Source: Octopus vulgaris
Taxonomy: Eukaryota
Length of the DNA stretch: 64,000 nt
Direction of reading: 5' to 3'
Assembly (NCBI GenBank): GCA_951406725.2
Contig: OX597820.1
Location: 5,394,001 to 5,458,000, forward strand
In this document: in pieces, positions 45,236 to 59,919 of the stretch
Layout: the number at the start of each line of letters is the position of its first letter
Numbering within the stretch: position 1 is the first letter of the stretch
Notes under the pieces: model-generated
The model's input: the letters and a program-made list of their open reading frames with translations, nothing else
The model's database searches: none
Told to the model about the DNA's origin: nothing
Program-made: the position numbers and the translations under genes

Positions 45236-46498
45236 TCACAATATAATCAGACACAATGAATTGCATTTCGTTTTGGGGTCTACCTTCACTACTGTTTTTG
45301 GTAAAGAAGCGAGTTGGACGATGCTGTTCTCTTTTGCGTCTCCTGCCGTGGTGTGGGTTCATTTGGGATTTGTCCAGGTGCTTTTTTGATATTTCGACAT
45401 CTACACCTTGAAGATCTCTTAGGTTCCATGGCAGGATGTTAAATAGTTGTGAACCCCCAAAAGCCAAGCTGTTGCAATACTAGATCTTTATCTGAGATGA
45501 AGAAGACGGAGTCTTTGGTATCATGCTGTACCGGCCATTTCGGTGGTTGGTATAACTTTTAATTCCACAATTTGGGGCTAGAACGTCCTTATATATGTAT
45601 ATGTAAGTATATATATTTGGAAATGGACGCATCGCGTTCAATTAAATAATAAATAATGAATAATATTGCTGTGTGGGTAAGTAGTTTGCTTACCAACCGC
45701 ATTGTTCCGGGTTCAGTCCCATTGCGTGGCACCTTGGGCAAGTGACTTTTACTATAGCCTCGGGCCGACCAAAGCCTGGTAGTTCCACTTGGTAGACGGA
45801 AAGATCCTCCATATTCATGCATATCATTGCATAACTTTCTCGCCTACAACCCAAGGAGTAGAGCTTCACATCTTGTGAAGTCTCTCAGTAGTTCATCTGT
45901 TTCACCGAGTCAGTCTCCTTTGTGTAGTGGCACTGGATTGCGTCAAGTTCCGCCACAATTTTGACGTTCGGCGGCGACCACAGCTGGGAGCCTTAATCCA
46001 GACGACTACGGACGAATGTCCTCCATAGGATTAGAATGATATTCTTATTTATGATCCTGAATAATCTAAGGATCCATCCAGCTGCTGGCCTGCGTAGTGT
46101 TGCCATCCTGGCAATATGCACATGCAATGTTGCATCAATACTCATATGGATTCCCAGGTCACACACCGATTCTAACTCTGGGATTGCACTGCCCCTGGTC
46201 CTATATATTCTGACTGTAGTCTGTGGGGGTGGGGCTGCTGATAGCGGAGTGCTGGAAACTAATCAGCATTGAGCTGCATGTCATATTCACCAACCCATTT
46301 ATATATTGCATGCTGGTCCTTTTGCATTTGTACAATGGCATTAGGGTCCTTGATCGCCTGAGATACTTTTGTATCATCAGTGTAGCTGGTGAGGGTGGCT
46401 GAATGACCGATTGAGGGCATGTCTGAGAGAGCCACTACAAACTGTTGTGGTTCCAGTACAGATCTCCGAGGAACTCCGCTTCGGATTGATGTCTTCCC

Positions 46499-46553
<55 letters not shown>

Positions 46554-46560
46554 ATCATTG
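45236..46560 (-). mobile_element. CR1-like LINE RT remnant (same group as 13.5-15.3 kb), interrupted
   Basis: SGVPRRSVLEP, YTDDTK, LFNILPWNLR fragments. Confidence 0.82.
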
Positions 46561-46775
46561 GCTGCAACTGCCTGACCTCTTTCCTTGCATTATATATACA
46601 CATATACACAAATGTATATACTCAGTAATTTGAGAATGAGCGAGACAGGTTTCTAATAGAAACCTGCGTAACTTTAAGTCGCTTGAAAGCATATTAAACT
46701 CTTTTAAATAATCACATATTATACAACTCCTGAAAACCGTGTTGAGTGGCTTTTTTCGTACACGCACACACACAC

Positions 46776-46905
<130 letters not shown>

Positions 46906-47069
46906 ATACACATATATCTATCCATACATACATGGATAGATAGGCAGATAGTTAGACAGTTAGAGAGACAGATAAATAAATAGATAGATTAATAAATAGA
47001 TAGATAAATGGATAAATAGATAGATAGATAAATAGGTAGTTAGGTAAATAAATAGATAGATAGATACTG

Positions 47070-47421
47070 AGACACCATTCGGTCATGACTTATCGTGGAA
47101 TTGCACCTAGAAAGTTACCCTCCCAGGCACAAGTCCGAGCAAGGTTGTTTATGGATGAACAGCAGTCACCCATGCATACCGGCCTCCCCTCACCACGCCA
47201 CCAATGTTATCCAAGCGAAAGGCAAGGGCCGATACAGCCTGGCACCAGTGACATCGCAACTCATTTCTACAGATGAGTGAACTGGAGCAACGTGTTTTGC
47301 TGAGTGAACTGGAGTAAAGTGTCTTGCTCAAGGACACAACTTGCAGCCCGGTCCGAGATCCGAGCTCACAACCTCACAATCGTAAGCTCGACGCTCTAAC
47401 CATTGAGCCATGCGCCTTCAC
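47070..47421 (-). mobile_element. tRNA-derived SINE family D (V-domain-like GTGTCCTTGAGCAAGACACTT)
   Basis: Minus head GAAGGCGCATGGCTCAATGGTTAGAGCG; inserted in (GATA)n. Confidence 0.8.
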
Positions 47422-47763
47422 TAAATAGATAGATAGATAAATAGATAGACAGACAGATATATATGTATGTATGTATGTATGTATATATATATATAATACA
47501 AATAAGAAAATGGAGAAACAAATTTAGTTTGTTCATCAACTTACGGATATTATAATGTTGGATTATTTATTCATTTTACAAATGAGGACATCAAAGGCAT
47601 AGAAAAATATTATATAAATCAATAAATAAGATAATAACACAAATACAGATTTTAAAAGTCATAGTATAAATTAATGAAATCCTAAAAATTACTTCTTACA
47701 GCTGTTTCAGCCTATGGTCGATATACCATAGTGGGTTACACCCTTAACCCCTACCTTACTTTG

Positions 47764-47854
<91 letters not shown>

Positions 47855-48267
47855 CAGGTAGATATAAATATAACATTGATAGAGTAGTATAGAAAACGTA
47901 TATGGTATTTTATGTCCCTAAACATCGGATCATTTCAGCAAATAACAATAATGGCCAGGATTACAAAGTGGTTGCCACATTATATATTTCTCATAATTAA
48001 GCTCATTAGTGTCAGCAACAAATACAACAACCACCAGCATTGAATAGATAATATATATATATGCGTCTTTATGCGTATAAATGTATAGGTATACACACAC
48101 ACACACACGCATACGCTCATATGTATGTATTTGTGTGTGTGTTTGTGTGTGTGTTTGTGTGCATACATGCATATAAATACTTACATATGTATATGCGTAT
48201 ACATGTATATGTAAGTATATATATATTTGTAAATGGACGCATCACGTTCAATTAAATAATAAATGAT

Positions 48268-48421
48268 ATTGCTGTGTAGGTAAGTAGCTTGCTTACCAAC
48301 CGCATGGGTCCGGGTTCAGTCCCATTGCGTGGCACCTTAGGCAAGTAAGTTTTAATATAACCTCGAGCCGACCAAAACCTGGTAGTTGCACTTGGTAGAC
48401 GGAAACTGAAAGAAGCCCGTC

Positions 48422-48512
<91 letters not shown>

Positions 48513-48720
48513 TGTCTGAGTTTTTCCCCACCAACATCGCTTGACAACCGATGCTGGTATGTTTACGTCCCCGTAACTTAGCGGTTCGGCAGAAGGGACC
48601 GATGGAATAAGTTCTAGGCTTACAAAGAATAAATCCCTGGGTCGATTTGCTCGACTAAAGGTGGTGCTCCAGCATGGCCGTACTCAAATGACTGAAAGAA
48701 ATAAAAGAATAAAAAGAATA
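48268..48720 (+). mobile_element. SINE family B, near full length
   Basis: Head, microsatellite linker, tail with (AAAGAAT)n end. Confidence 0.9.
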
Positions 48721-48724
48721 TATG

Positions 48725-49595
48725 TATATGTCGAAATACGGATTAGGAAAATTTCAAAATCAGGTGTCCATCGCATTTTCAAGTTCTGTCTTTGGAAAAG
48801 TTACATTCGAAGAATAGTCCATGCTTTCAAAGATGATCCGAACCGAAGTGTAGAATATTGCGAGTTAGGACTTGGCAAGATGTGCAGAAGATGAATACTT
48901 TCCGACAAAGGTTTTTTAGAGTGACGAGGCTACATTTGAATTAATTATCTCGATTAACCGCTACAATTGTACATTCTGGGAACCTAAGGATTAGTTTATT
49001 ACGGAGTGCAAGGATTCGTAACATGGATCTGGTTTTTCAAGGAAAGGATTAATCGGTCCATTCACATTTGACGGTACTGGGACTTGTCCTATTTATTTGC
49101 TTTTGCTGCGATGGTATTCTATACCAAACATTTAAGAGGACTTTAAAAATGTGGAGTTTTGATTCCAGCAAGACTGTCCACATCCACACAACCATAGTAA
49201 TAAAAGGGCCTACCTTGATGAGATTTTGCCAAACGGGTGGATTGGATGAAGTCATTCAGTGGGGTACCCTTCGCTGTCACTGTACTTTACCCAATTAAGT
49301 ATTTGCTATGTTTATTCTTCAAAAATGGAATTTACTTCACAACAGCCGAGGAATTGAGAGCAGCCATTGAAAGAGAATTCGCAGAAATACCAACTGAAAT
49401 GTTTCGTAACTTCTCTAATTCCATTGCTTTGCATTACCATTTACGGTCTGGAACAGAATGGTCATCAGTTTGAAGACAGGTATTCAGTAATTAAAAAAGG
49501 TAAGTGTCTGTAGATTCTGTTTAAGTTTCAGAAGTAAATGTTTTAAAATAAACTTTTACTTTATTCAATGTGAATATACATTTATATGTTATTGT

Positions 49596-49597
<2 letters not shown>
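48725..49597 (+). mobile_element. Tc1/mariner-superfamily (maT/DD37D-like) transposase relic
   Basis: [45 protein letters not shown] fragments. Confidence 0.7.
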
Positions 49598-49655
<58 letters not shown>

Positions 49656-50449
49656 TATAAATATATATATATGACGAAGAGCAACAGCTTACAGAATAGC
49701 ACATATCCTGAGAAGAAGATACTTGTCCAAGATGGAATAAGGTTGCAACGAACTCACAACCACATAATTACCAAATAGGCTTCACAACCAGACTACTATA
49801 CATCTACCCAGATATTCAATCTTCAACATTACTTATGTAATCACACACCCCACCTTTCCTGCATAAACTTTCCTCTTAATGCACAACAATTCGCCGGCAG
49901 CAATTTCCGTTGAGACCAAATTGAAATATTCGTCATGCGACCATATCTAATACATAATGATCCAAGGTTCTGCATTTGACGTAAATTACCTTGTTATGCC
50001 TACGGTAATTTGTAGTGTTGTAAAGTGGCGCCTAGTGGCATGCCGCCTTATGGCATGCCACCCGCTTCCCCCGTTTCTTCATAAAGAGATATAATGCGAT
50101 TTATCAGGTTGTAAAACCAATAAGTTTACAATCTGTCAACACATGATGCTGGTAGTTGATAGGGAAAAGGCCAAAACATGAGACAAACTTGATTACATCC
50201 GAGAATGGTATTTCGCTTCTTTTACATTCTAAAACATACCGATTCTTACTACATTAACTAATTTGCCATTTTCTACAAGTGTTTTGGAATTACACGTTGT
50301 GTGGTACTAATTGTTTGCAAAATTTTGGAATACTTTCTGAGACAAAAAGAAAAAAAAAAATTCAACAACAAAAATAAAACAAAGTTGAAACAAAAACTAA
50401 TTCTATTAAACGCAATTTTTCATTCTTCGTTTTCTCTTTATTAACCATT

Positions 50450-50526
50450 TGTGTGCGTGTGTGTGTGTGTGAGAGAGAGAGTATGTGTGTGTGAGAGAGT
50501 GTGTGTGTGTGAGATAGAGAGAGAGA

Positions 50527-50561
<35 letters not shown>

Positions 50562-50579
50562 TGTGTGTGTGTGAGAGAG

Positions 50580-50623
<44 letters not shown>

Positions 50624-50648
50624 TGTGTGTGTGTGTGAGAGAGAGAGA

Positions 50649-50679
<31 letters not shown>

Positions 50680-50710
50680 TGTGTATGTGTATGTGAGAGA
50701 GAGAGAGAGG
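50450..50710. repeat. Alternating (GT)n(GA)n compound microsatellite
   Basis: Direct. Confidence 0.95.
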
Positions 50711-51308
50711 AAGGAGAGGGAATGTGTGTGTGCGCGTGTGACAGACAGAGAGAGTGTATGAGTGTATGTGTGTTCATGTGTGTATGTGTGTTCATGTGTG
50801 TATGTGACTGGGCTTTTATGTGTATGTATGTGAGTGTGCGCATGTGTGTATGTACTTATATGTATGTGTGAAAGTGTGTATGTCGTTGGGTCGGTAGTTA
50901 AGTGTGGGTATGTGTGCATAATGTACATATGTATATGAGCGTAGGTATGAGTGTGTGCATGTATTTGTGTGTGTTTATAAAAAGGTATGAATGTGAGTGT
51001 GTGTACCTATGTGTATATATGTGAGTGTATGCATATGTGTTTGTGGTATACGTGGTAGTGTGAGTATGTATACGAGCGAATATCAGAGCGAGCATGTCTG
51101 ACTATATACCCGAGTGTAAGTATGTTTGTATGCATCTGGGTGGATATGCATGTGTATAAATGAGTGTGTGTGTGTGTGCGTGTGCGTCTGCATGTGCACG
51201 TATACGAGGGTGCGTATGCCTGCGGGTATGTGTACGGATGGGTTCTAAATCTACTTGCTATGTTTACACGTGTCTAATTCTGCGATTGCATGCGAGTTTA
51301 TATACGTG

Positions 51309-51365
<57 letters not shown>

Positions 51366-51470
51366 GCATATCTATATGCGTGAGTGTATATGTGTGTACA
51401 GCATCTACGTGTGTATGTGTGTGTATAGTTATTTACTATTGAATTCTATTGTTGTACACTTCGCACTCAG

Positions 51471-51509
<39 letters not shown>

Positions 51510-51975
51510 TTCGCTTGCATAGAAGCACAGACATGCATACACTCCTGTTATCTCCTCGCATGCGCATATATGAGCATCTGTGTGCATGTATATATATATA
51601 TATATATACATGTATGTGTCTCTGAGTGTGTGTGTACTCATGCTCATATATATATGTGCATACTTAGAGAGTCCGAGGTATATATGTATATAGCTATATG
51701 TGTATGCGCGTGTGTGTGTTGGCGTGCGTGTGTGTGTTGGCGTGCGTGTGTGTGTATGTGTGCGTCTGTGTACATAGCTATATGTATATATGCATGTATG
51801 TATGTATATGTGTATGCATCTATCTATCTATATGCAGTGGAGGCGTGTGAACATGGTCCTGTTTCTGCAAGCATTTGTGTATATAGTTGCTGGGTTCTTT
51901 CAGACACGAGTCAAACTATTTTGTGGTAGGCAAATAATAAATGCGGAGGCACACACACGAACACGCACAAACACA

Positions 51976-52032
<57 letters not shown>

Positions 52033-52089
52033 ACACAGAGACACACACAGACACACACACAGAGACACACACACATAGACACACACACA

Positions 52090-52245
52090 TGACTGGTTTC
52101 GTTAAGTTTCGGTCAACCAATTCCACTCAAAAGGTACCCGAAGCAATTGCAGAAGACACTTTCCCAAGATTCCACTCAGTGGGACTGAACCCGGAACCAT
52201 GTGGTTGCGAAGCCATCTTCTTAACGCACAATTGCGTCTGTGGCT
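52090..52245 (-). mobile_element. SINE family B head
   Basis: GGGACTGAACCCGGAACCATGTGGTTG. Confidence 0.75.
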
Positions 52246-53015
52246 TAGAAATCTCTATGTAAAAAAATAAACATTCCTAAAGACAAACCATGTTATAATT
52301 ACGCATGCATGAAACAGTGAAGTATTTCGCTCGAAAGACATTCTTGAAAGTCCAAGCCATCATGTTAGATAATTGGTTGTCGGTGTGATAGTGAAGGAGA
52401 TCAAGCCATAAATACATTTGTTGGTGCATCCAATACGATGCGAAGATATAAACAAGAGCAGTTCAAAAGAAAGATGCATATTTGCTGAGTGTGTTTGTGC
52501 GTTGAAGCCATTGTAACGGGGTCGGAGTTAGAACGTATCACATCACCCAACACCCAATCAGTGCGTGGCAAAGAGAGTGAAGCAAACGGCATCACCATCA
52601 TCATCATCATCATCATCGTCAACAGCAACAACCAAAGTAAAAGCAACAACATCAACAAGAATAATATTAAGCAAGAACAACAACAGCCGTTGTAATTAGA
52701 ATAACAACTAACGAAATAGCAGTCTTTTACGTAAGAAAAAACAAGAGTTACTTACAGTAACAATATTTTCTGTACAAAAAATAATGAAAACTAATATAAT
52801 ATTTACGCAATGAAAATATGAAAATAACAAAAGTAAAGAAAAAATAATAAAGATCAAACCAGCTAAAAATGGCGGCGTCTCTATGATAATATCTTCAATT
52901 TACAGAGAGTGAGTTAGATTCATAGATTACAAAATCGTTTTGAGGATTTGGGACTAGCAAGGGTCACCTTGGACTGTCATCAAGCGAATGTATATGAAAT
53001 ATATATATATTGGAT

Positions 53016-53670
<655 letters not shown>

Positions 53671-54014
53671 ATGAAAAATTATTATTGTTGTTGTTATTGC
53701 CGTTGTTGTTGTTGTTGTTGTTGAGCTCGTAGTACGCCCTCATAGATCAAGAGCCGTCATTATTCTCCCAATCCGTCCCCTGGGCCCCGGGTTTCGTGTG
53801 TCTGTTAATTAACCACGGCACTCTGCACTGTTAACTTCATTGCAGACTCCAATTGATTGGCACTTACTTGCTATTTCTACCACATCGCCCAACGAATACT
53901 TTACGTCAAGAGCAGTAGGTGACGTATGTAATTACTGGTACATTTCGTAAGGAAAGATTAAAGTTAGTCACGCAATTTGTATGGAAATGTAAGGCTTTCT
54001 CTATTTTGTTATAT

Positions 54015-54200
54015 CCTCTATTTTGTTTCAGTTGTCGGACTGCGGCCATGCTGGAGCACATTCTTGAAGAATTTTTACTTGAATGAATCAAATCCAGTAC
54101 TTTTTTTAAAAGCTTCGTACTTATTCTATCGGTGTTTTTAGCCGAACTGCTAAGTTACGGTTACGTAAACGCACTACCACCGGTTGTCAGCGGTGGAGGG
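54015..54200 (-). mobile_element. SINE family B tail fragment
   Basis: GACTGCGGCCATGCTGGAGCAC..GCTAAGTTACGG. Confidence 0.75.
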
Positions 54201-54612
54201 GCCAAAAACTCAGAGTCCTTCTCCCCCCCCCTCCGCCATATAAATGTACTTTCGAATTTGAGTAACTATTAACATAATTTACAATGAATTACGGATGAAT
54301 TAAGTTTAGTTTTAACCTCCGCATTCTTATAAACACCAAGTAACTATTTAATTCGCTTTTTGATCGTGAGTTCACCAAACCACATGTGTGTGTATGTTTA
54401 CATTTTCGTGGATGCTTGTATGAGCGTGTGTACATGTAGCTTGCGCGAGGGCGTTTATACACCCATATCTGTTAACGGTTACTTTTAATACTCTTCTCGC
54501 TGTATTGCATCTGTGATTTTAGTTTTGATCTTCTATTGTTTTACTGCATTTCATTCTACGAAATGAGGAGATACGTTGTGGAACTCTTATTCTAACGAGT
54601 TCTGTCTATTTA

Positions 54613-54681
54613 TCACCCGATGAGACACATCTGTCGATACATGAGGAAACGATGCTACATGTGTCGAAACAATTGTTGTGA
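54613..54681 (+). ncRNA. Type-I hammerhead, U4C core variant with long loop II
   Basis: TCAC-CCGATGA-GACACAT[28 nt]ATGTGTC-GAAA-CAATTG-TT-GTGA, followed by AATAAA. Confidence 0.8.
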
Positions 54682-54724
54682 CTAATAAAGATTCTCTCAT
54701 TTACCAAATTAATAGCTAGTCTCT

Positions 54725-54931
54725 AGTTGGACGGGACGCCAGTCCATCGCAGCGTTACTCAAGAAACAGGAAGAGAGAGTGAGAGTGAGAGTGAGAAAGG
54801 TCGCCGGATCCTCGTGGAGCTTTTAGGTGTTTTCGCTCAATAAACACACACAATGCCCGGTCTGGGAATCGAAACCGCGATCCTTCGACCATGAGTCCGC
54901 TGCCCTAGCCACTGGGCCATTGCGCCTCCAC
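54725..54931 (-). mobile_element. SINE family C, internally deleted
   Basis: Reverse complement of family C head; head end plus flank duplicated at 54988-55050. Confidence 0.8.
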
Positions 54932-55890
54932 GTAAATATATGTGTAATATAAAATATATTTATATATAAAAGGGTAGCTGCTCTAATCACTGGGCCATTG
55001 CGCCTCCACGTAAATATATATATAATATAACATATATTTATATATAAAAGAGTAATATATAACATAAGGGGCATCAGCCATCTGAATGTGGCTAGGGACA
55101 GGGCAGGGCGGTGGGGGTGTTACTGATGCATTTAGCCCCAGGCGATCATCAACGTCACCAGGAGGGCTGACACCATCTCGGTGTCCTCTAGCCTGCAAAG
55201 GGAGATCATTCCCCGAAGACGCGGATGCTACATACGGACCAGGTTTCAAGGTATTTGCCTATTATCAACGCATGGTAAGCAATTATTTATATATTTATAT
55301 ACAAAAGGGTAACTGCTTTGCTAAAGACAGGAGTAAATAAAAACTCCGATGGGGTAGAAGAACCACCAAATTGATACAGATATGACAGGAAAAAATTAAG
55401 TGAATAAGAACCATATCTTCATTCTGCCAAGGTTGCAGAAAGAATGGCAGTTAATCTGATATCAAGATACCGAATTTTGCGCCGAAGGGACTCGATTCTC
55501 TTTTTTTTTTACGACTACTAGAAACAACCATCGAGATTCACCACTATCATACCTGTGTTCGTTTGAGGACCCCAGCACCATTGAAACAAACGAACTTCGT
55601 GAATTATTTACAAATATATATATATAAGAACATTATTACTCATATAAATAATAACATTAATGGCTGCGAGTATAAAAAGCCATATAGGTAAAATTAATAA
55701 ATACATATAAAATATAAAATATATTTATATATAAGAGGGTACTAAATAAACACCAGCTTTGCTAAAGATAGCAGTCAAAAACCTCCGAAGTCACAGAGGA
55801 ATCACTAGATTAATACAGTCGTGGTAGGAAAAAAATTAAGTGAATAAGAATTGCATCTTGCCTCCGCGAAGGTTGCAGAGGGAATAGCAG

Positions 55891-55929
<39 letters not shown>

Positions 55930-55954
55930 TATACACACACATATATATATACAC

Positions 55955-56335
55955 ATCTCTCTCTATATAAACGGCAGTTTGTCTGTGCGTGTTTCTGTGT
56001 GTCTGTTTGCTTGTACCCTCACCCTGACCACATCTTTCAACCGATTCTGATGAAACTTGACACACACATAGCCCAATGTCATAATTCAAAACTAACGCAG
56101 CGAAAATTTTGAAAAGTTCCCCCAGTTCTGAAAAAAATCGATAAATTCGACATGGGGTCGAGAATCAGAAACACGAACCACAAACTGTCTAGGGGACGCA
56201 ACTCCACCTTTTTAAATCTCAAAAAAAAATTTACCATCATTTTTTTCCATTTTTTTGCTATTTTTGGCTATAACTCTCTAAAAATGCTTTATAGTTATTT
56301 CCTTATATAAACCTGAGCAACGCCGGGCGATACTA
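55955..56335 (+). mobile_element. Non-autonomous Helitron-like element
   Basis: 5' TCTCTCTCTATATAAACGGC..GTCTGT; 3' CCTGAGCAACGCCGGG hairpin then ..CTAT. Confidence 0.7.
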
Positions 56336-56342
56336 TATATAC

Positions 56343-56419
<77 letters not shown>

Positions 56420-56469
56420 GATACATATATATACATGTATATATGTATATACACATATCTGTATATACA

Positions 56470-56640
56470 ATGGGCTTCTTTCAGTTTCCGTTCACAAAAT
56501 TCACTCACAAGGCTTTGGTTGGCCCGAAGTTACATTAGAAAACACTTGCCCAAGGCACCACGCTGAGGAACTGAACCCGGAACCCGGACCCATGTGGTTG
56601 AGAATCATACTTCCTTACCACCCAACCACGCATGCGCGTA
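56470..56640 (-). mobile_element. SINE family B head
   Basis: Homology to other B copies. Confidence 0.78.
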
Positions 56641-56794
56641 GAGTTAATAATTTGGAAGAAAAATATCTGAAAACTAATGTTTTGTTTTCATTATTCGTGA
56701 TTTATTCAGAATATACATTCACATACATACTTCCATACACGCATATATATACTTGTACACACATCTAAGTACACACACGCACGCATATATATGT

Positions 56795-56873
<79 letters not shown>

Positions 56874-57009
56874 CACTCATATACACGCATATACACATTC
56901 TTGTTATTGTTGTTGTAGTTAACACTATCAGCCTGATTAACATATATCTCTTCACCTGACACCCCAGCCTCACTCTGCCCACATTTTCAGTCTCTCCCAT
57001 CTTTTAGTA

Positions 57010-57097
57010 TCATCGTCATCATCATCATCATCATCATCATTATCATCATCATCGTCGTCGTCGTCATCGTCATCATCATCTTCATCATCTTCATCGA

Positions 57098-57128
<31 letters not shown>

Positions 57129-57145
57129 TTCATCATCTTCATCGA

Positions 57146-57209
<64 letters not shown>

Positions 57210-57231
57210 TTCATCGTCATCATCGTCATCG

Positions 57232-57293
<62 letters not shown>

Positions 57294-57356
57294 GTCGTCA
57301 TCATCGTCATCGTCATCATCATCATCATCATCATCATCATCGTCATGACCATCATT

Positions 57357-57399
<43 letters not shown>

Positions 57400-57590
57400 A
57401 CGTCATCATCATCTTTACCTTTACCTTCGTCATCATAACCATCATCATCCTCATTTTCCTTATCATTTTCATCACCGACTTCATTATCACTGACGTCGTG
57501 GTCGACGTCATCGCCACCTTTATCATTAGCGTCATCATCATCATCATCATCATCATTGTCATCATCATCATCGTCACCGTCGCCCTCTGC
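57010..57590. repeat. (CAT)n microsatellite
   Basis: Direct. Confidence 0.95.
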
Positions 57591-57810
57591 ATCACTGCCG
57601 TCTCCATCACCATGACCAGAGAATGAGGAACTATACACCGCCGTACAGTAACAAGTCATTCTGTTATAAACAGTCATTTGTGGAATGGGGAGTTTTTTTT
57701 TTAACAAAAACAGCTGGAAATTACTTTGCCGTGACGTCAAAGGGTCTTGTTTGTTAAATCTAATATATCTGCCTTAGTTATTTCCCTTGACTCCCCCCTC
57801 TCTGTATGTA

Positions 57811-57866
<56 letters not shown>

Positions 57867-57875
57867 CACACATAT

Positions 57876-57910
<35 letters not shown>

Positions 57911-58036
57911 TATATATATATATATACATATATATATACAATATATATATATATATACATACATATATATATGCATATACATATACATATATATATATAT
58001 ATACATATATATATTTATACACACACACATATATTA

Positions 58037-58116
<80 letters not shown>

Positions 58117-58496
58117 CCTATATATATACCTATATATATACCTATATATATATGTGCGCGTGTGTATGTAGCGGTGTTGGTGGCGATGGCGGTAAAGGAA
58201 GAAGTAGGGGGTAAGAAATGGCGGCTAAAAGGGAGTTAGGTGGGGGTAACTTTCCTACAGTGTAATAGGTTAACTAGTGTTATTTCAGTGATTTGGGTTC
58301 TCCCGATTCTTGGCACTTTGCCTTCGCCAATTTGCAAAGATGCAAACCAAACTTCCCTCCAACCATTTCTGCCTTATTACAGTGCACCGCCAAAACTGAC
58401 GCCAATTCCCTGCGCTCAGTGCATAATACAAGCACTACCACCACCACTACCACTAATACTACCACCACCACCACACCATTAATGCTGCTACTGCTG

Positions 58497-58529
<33 letters not shown>

Positions 58530-58691
58530 GTGGTAGTAGAAACATTAATGATGGTGGTTGTGGTAGTAGAGGCAGCAGCAGCAACAGTGGTAGTAGCACT
58601 AACGTTAATGGTGGCAGTAGTAGTAATAGTAGTAGTAGTAATGGTGGTAGTAGTAGTAGTAGTAGTAGTAGCAGCAGCAGCAGTAGTAGTA

Positions 58692-58851
58692 GTAAAAGTG
58701 ACATGAATTAAGTACCAGGCTTTAAAAAAACTGAGTTACTGCGGCTGAGCCCTTCAATTAAAATTATTCAAGACGGTGCCCCAGCATGGCCGCAGTGTAA
58801 TGACTGAAATAAGTGAAAGAATAACAGAATAGTAGTATTAGTAGTAGTAGT

Positions 58852-58886
<35 letters not shown>

Positions 58887-59051
58887 TAGTAGTAAAAGTG
58901 ACATGAATTAAGTACCAGGCTTTAAAAAAACTGAGTTACTGCGGCTGAGCCCTTCAACTAAAATTATTCAAGACGGTGCCCCAGCATGGCCGCAGTGTAA
59001 TGACTGAAATAAGTGAAAGAATAACAGAATAGTAGTATTAGTAGTAGTAGT

Positions 59052-59086
<35 letters not shown>

Positions 59087-59254
59087 TAGTAGTAGTAAAA
59101 GTGACATGAATTAAGTACCAGGCTTTAAAAAAACTGAGTTACTGCGGCTGAGCCCTTCAACTAAAATTATTCAAGACGGTGCCCCAGCATGGCCGCAGTG
59201 TAATGACTGAAATAAGTGAAAGAATAACAGAATAGTAGTATTAGTAGTAGTAGT

Positions 59255-59289
<35 letters not shown>

Positions 59290-59456
59290 TAGTAGTAGTA
59301 AAAGTGACATGAATTAAGTACCAGGCTTTAAAAAACTGAGTTACTGCGGCTGAGCCCTTCAACTAAAATTATTCAAGACGGTGCCCCAGCATGGCCGCAG
59401 TGTAATGACTGAAATAAGTGAAAGAATAACAGAATAGTAGTATTAGTAGTAGTAGT

Positions 59457-59491
<35 letters not shown>

Positions 59492-59657
59492 TAGTAGTAG
59501 TAAAAGTGACATGAATTAAGTACCAGGCTTTAAAAACTGAGTTACTGCGGCTGAGCCCTTCAACTAAAATTATTCAAGACGGTGCCCCAGCATGGCCGCA
59601 GTGTAATGACTGAAATAAGTGAAAGAATAACAGAATAGTAGTATTAGTAGTAGTAGT

Positions 59658-59735
<78 letters not shown>
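58692..59735 (+). repeat. Five-copy ~200-203-bp tandem array: SINE-B tail plus (AGT)n(AGC)n
   Basis: GTGACATGAATTAAG at 58698, 58898, 59101, 59304, 59506; copies nearly identical. Confidence 0.95.
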
Positions 59736-59738
<3 letters not shown>

Positions 59739-59919
59739 TGCAGTACTTACTCTTCTTGTTTCGCACCAAATTGCCCCCTAATCGAAGTCCTTTCTGCCAT
59801 TCCAACTCCTGTTGCTTTTCAGGTAAACTGCAGCTCAGACAGCACAATCCATTGTATACTATAACTGCAGGTGTTGTTGTTGCTGCTGCTGCTTTTGTTT
59901 GTTTGTTTATTGAGCAAAG

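Noticed and set aside
50035-50061. GTGGCATGCC-N7-GGCATGCCAC inverted repeat (p53-like or CTCF-like site)
   Set aside because: Short, imperfect match to either consensus; no supporting context
56970-57740. 256-aa Asp-rich ORF resembling acidic biomineral proteins
   Set aside because: It is a (CAT)n repeat open in other frames too, with no signal peptide or splice support
58692-59735. CRISPR-like repeat/spacer appearance (also 39729-40030)
   Set aside because: Eukaryotic context, no cas genes; spacers are microsatellite or homologous to each other
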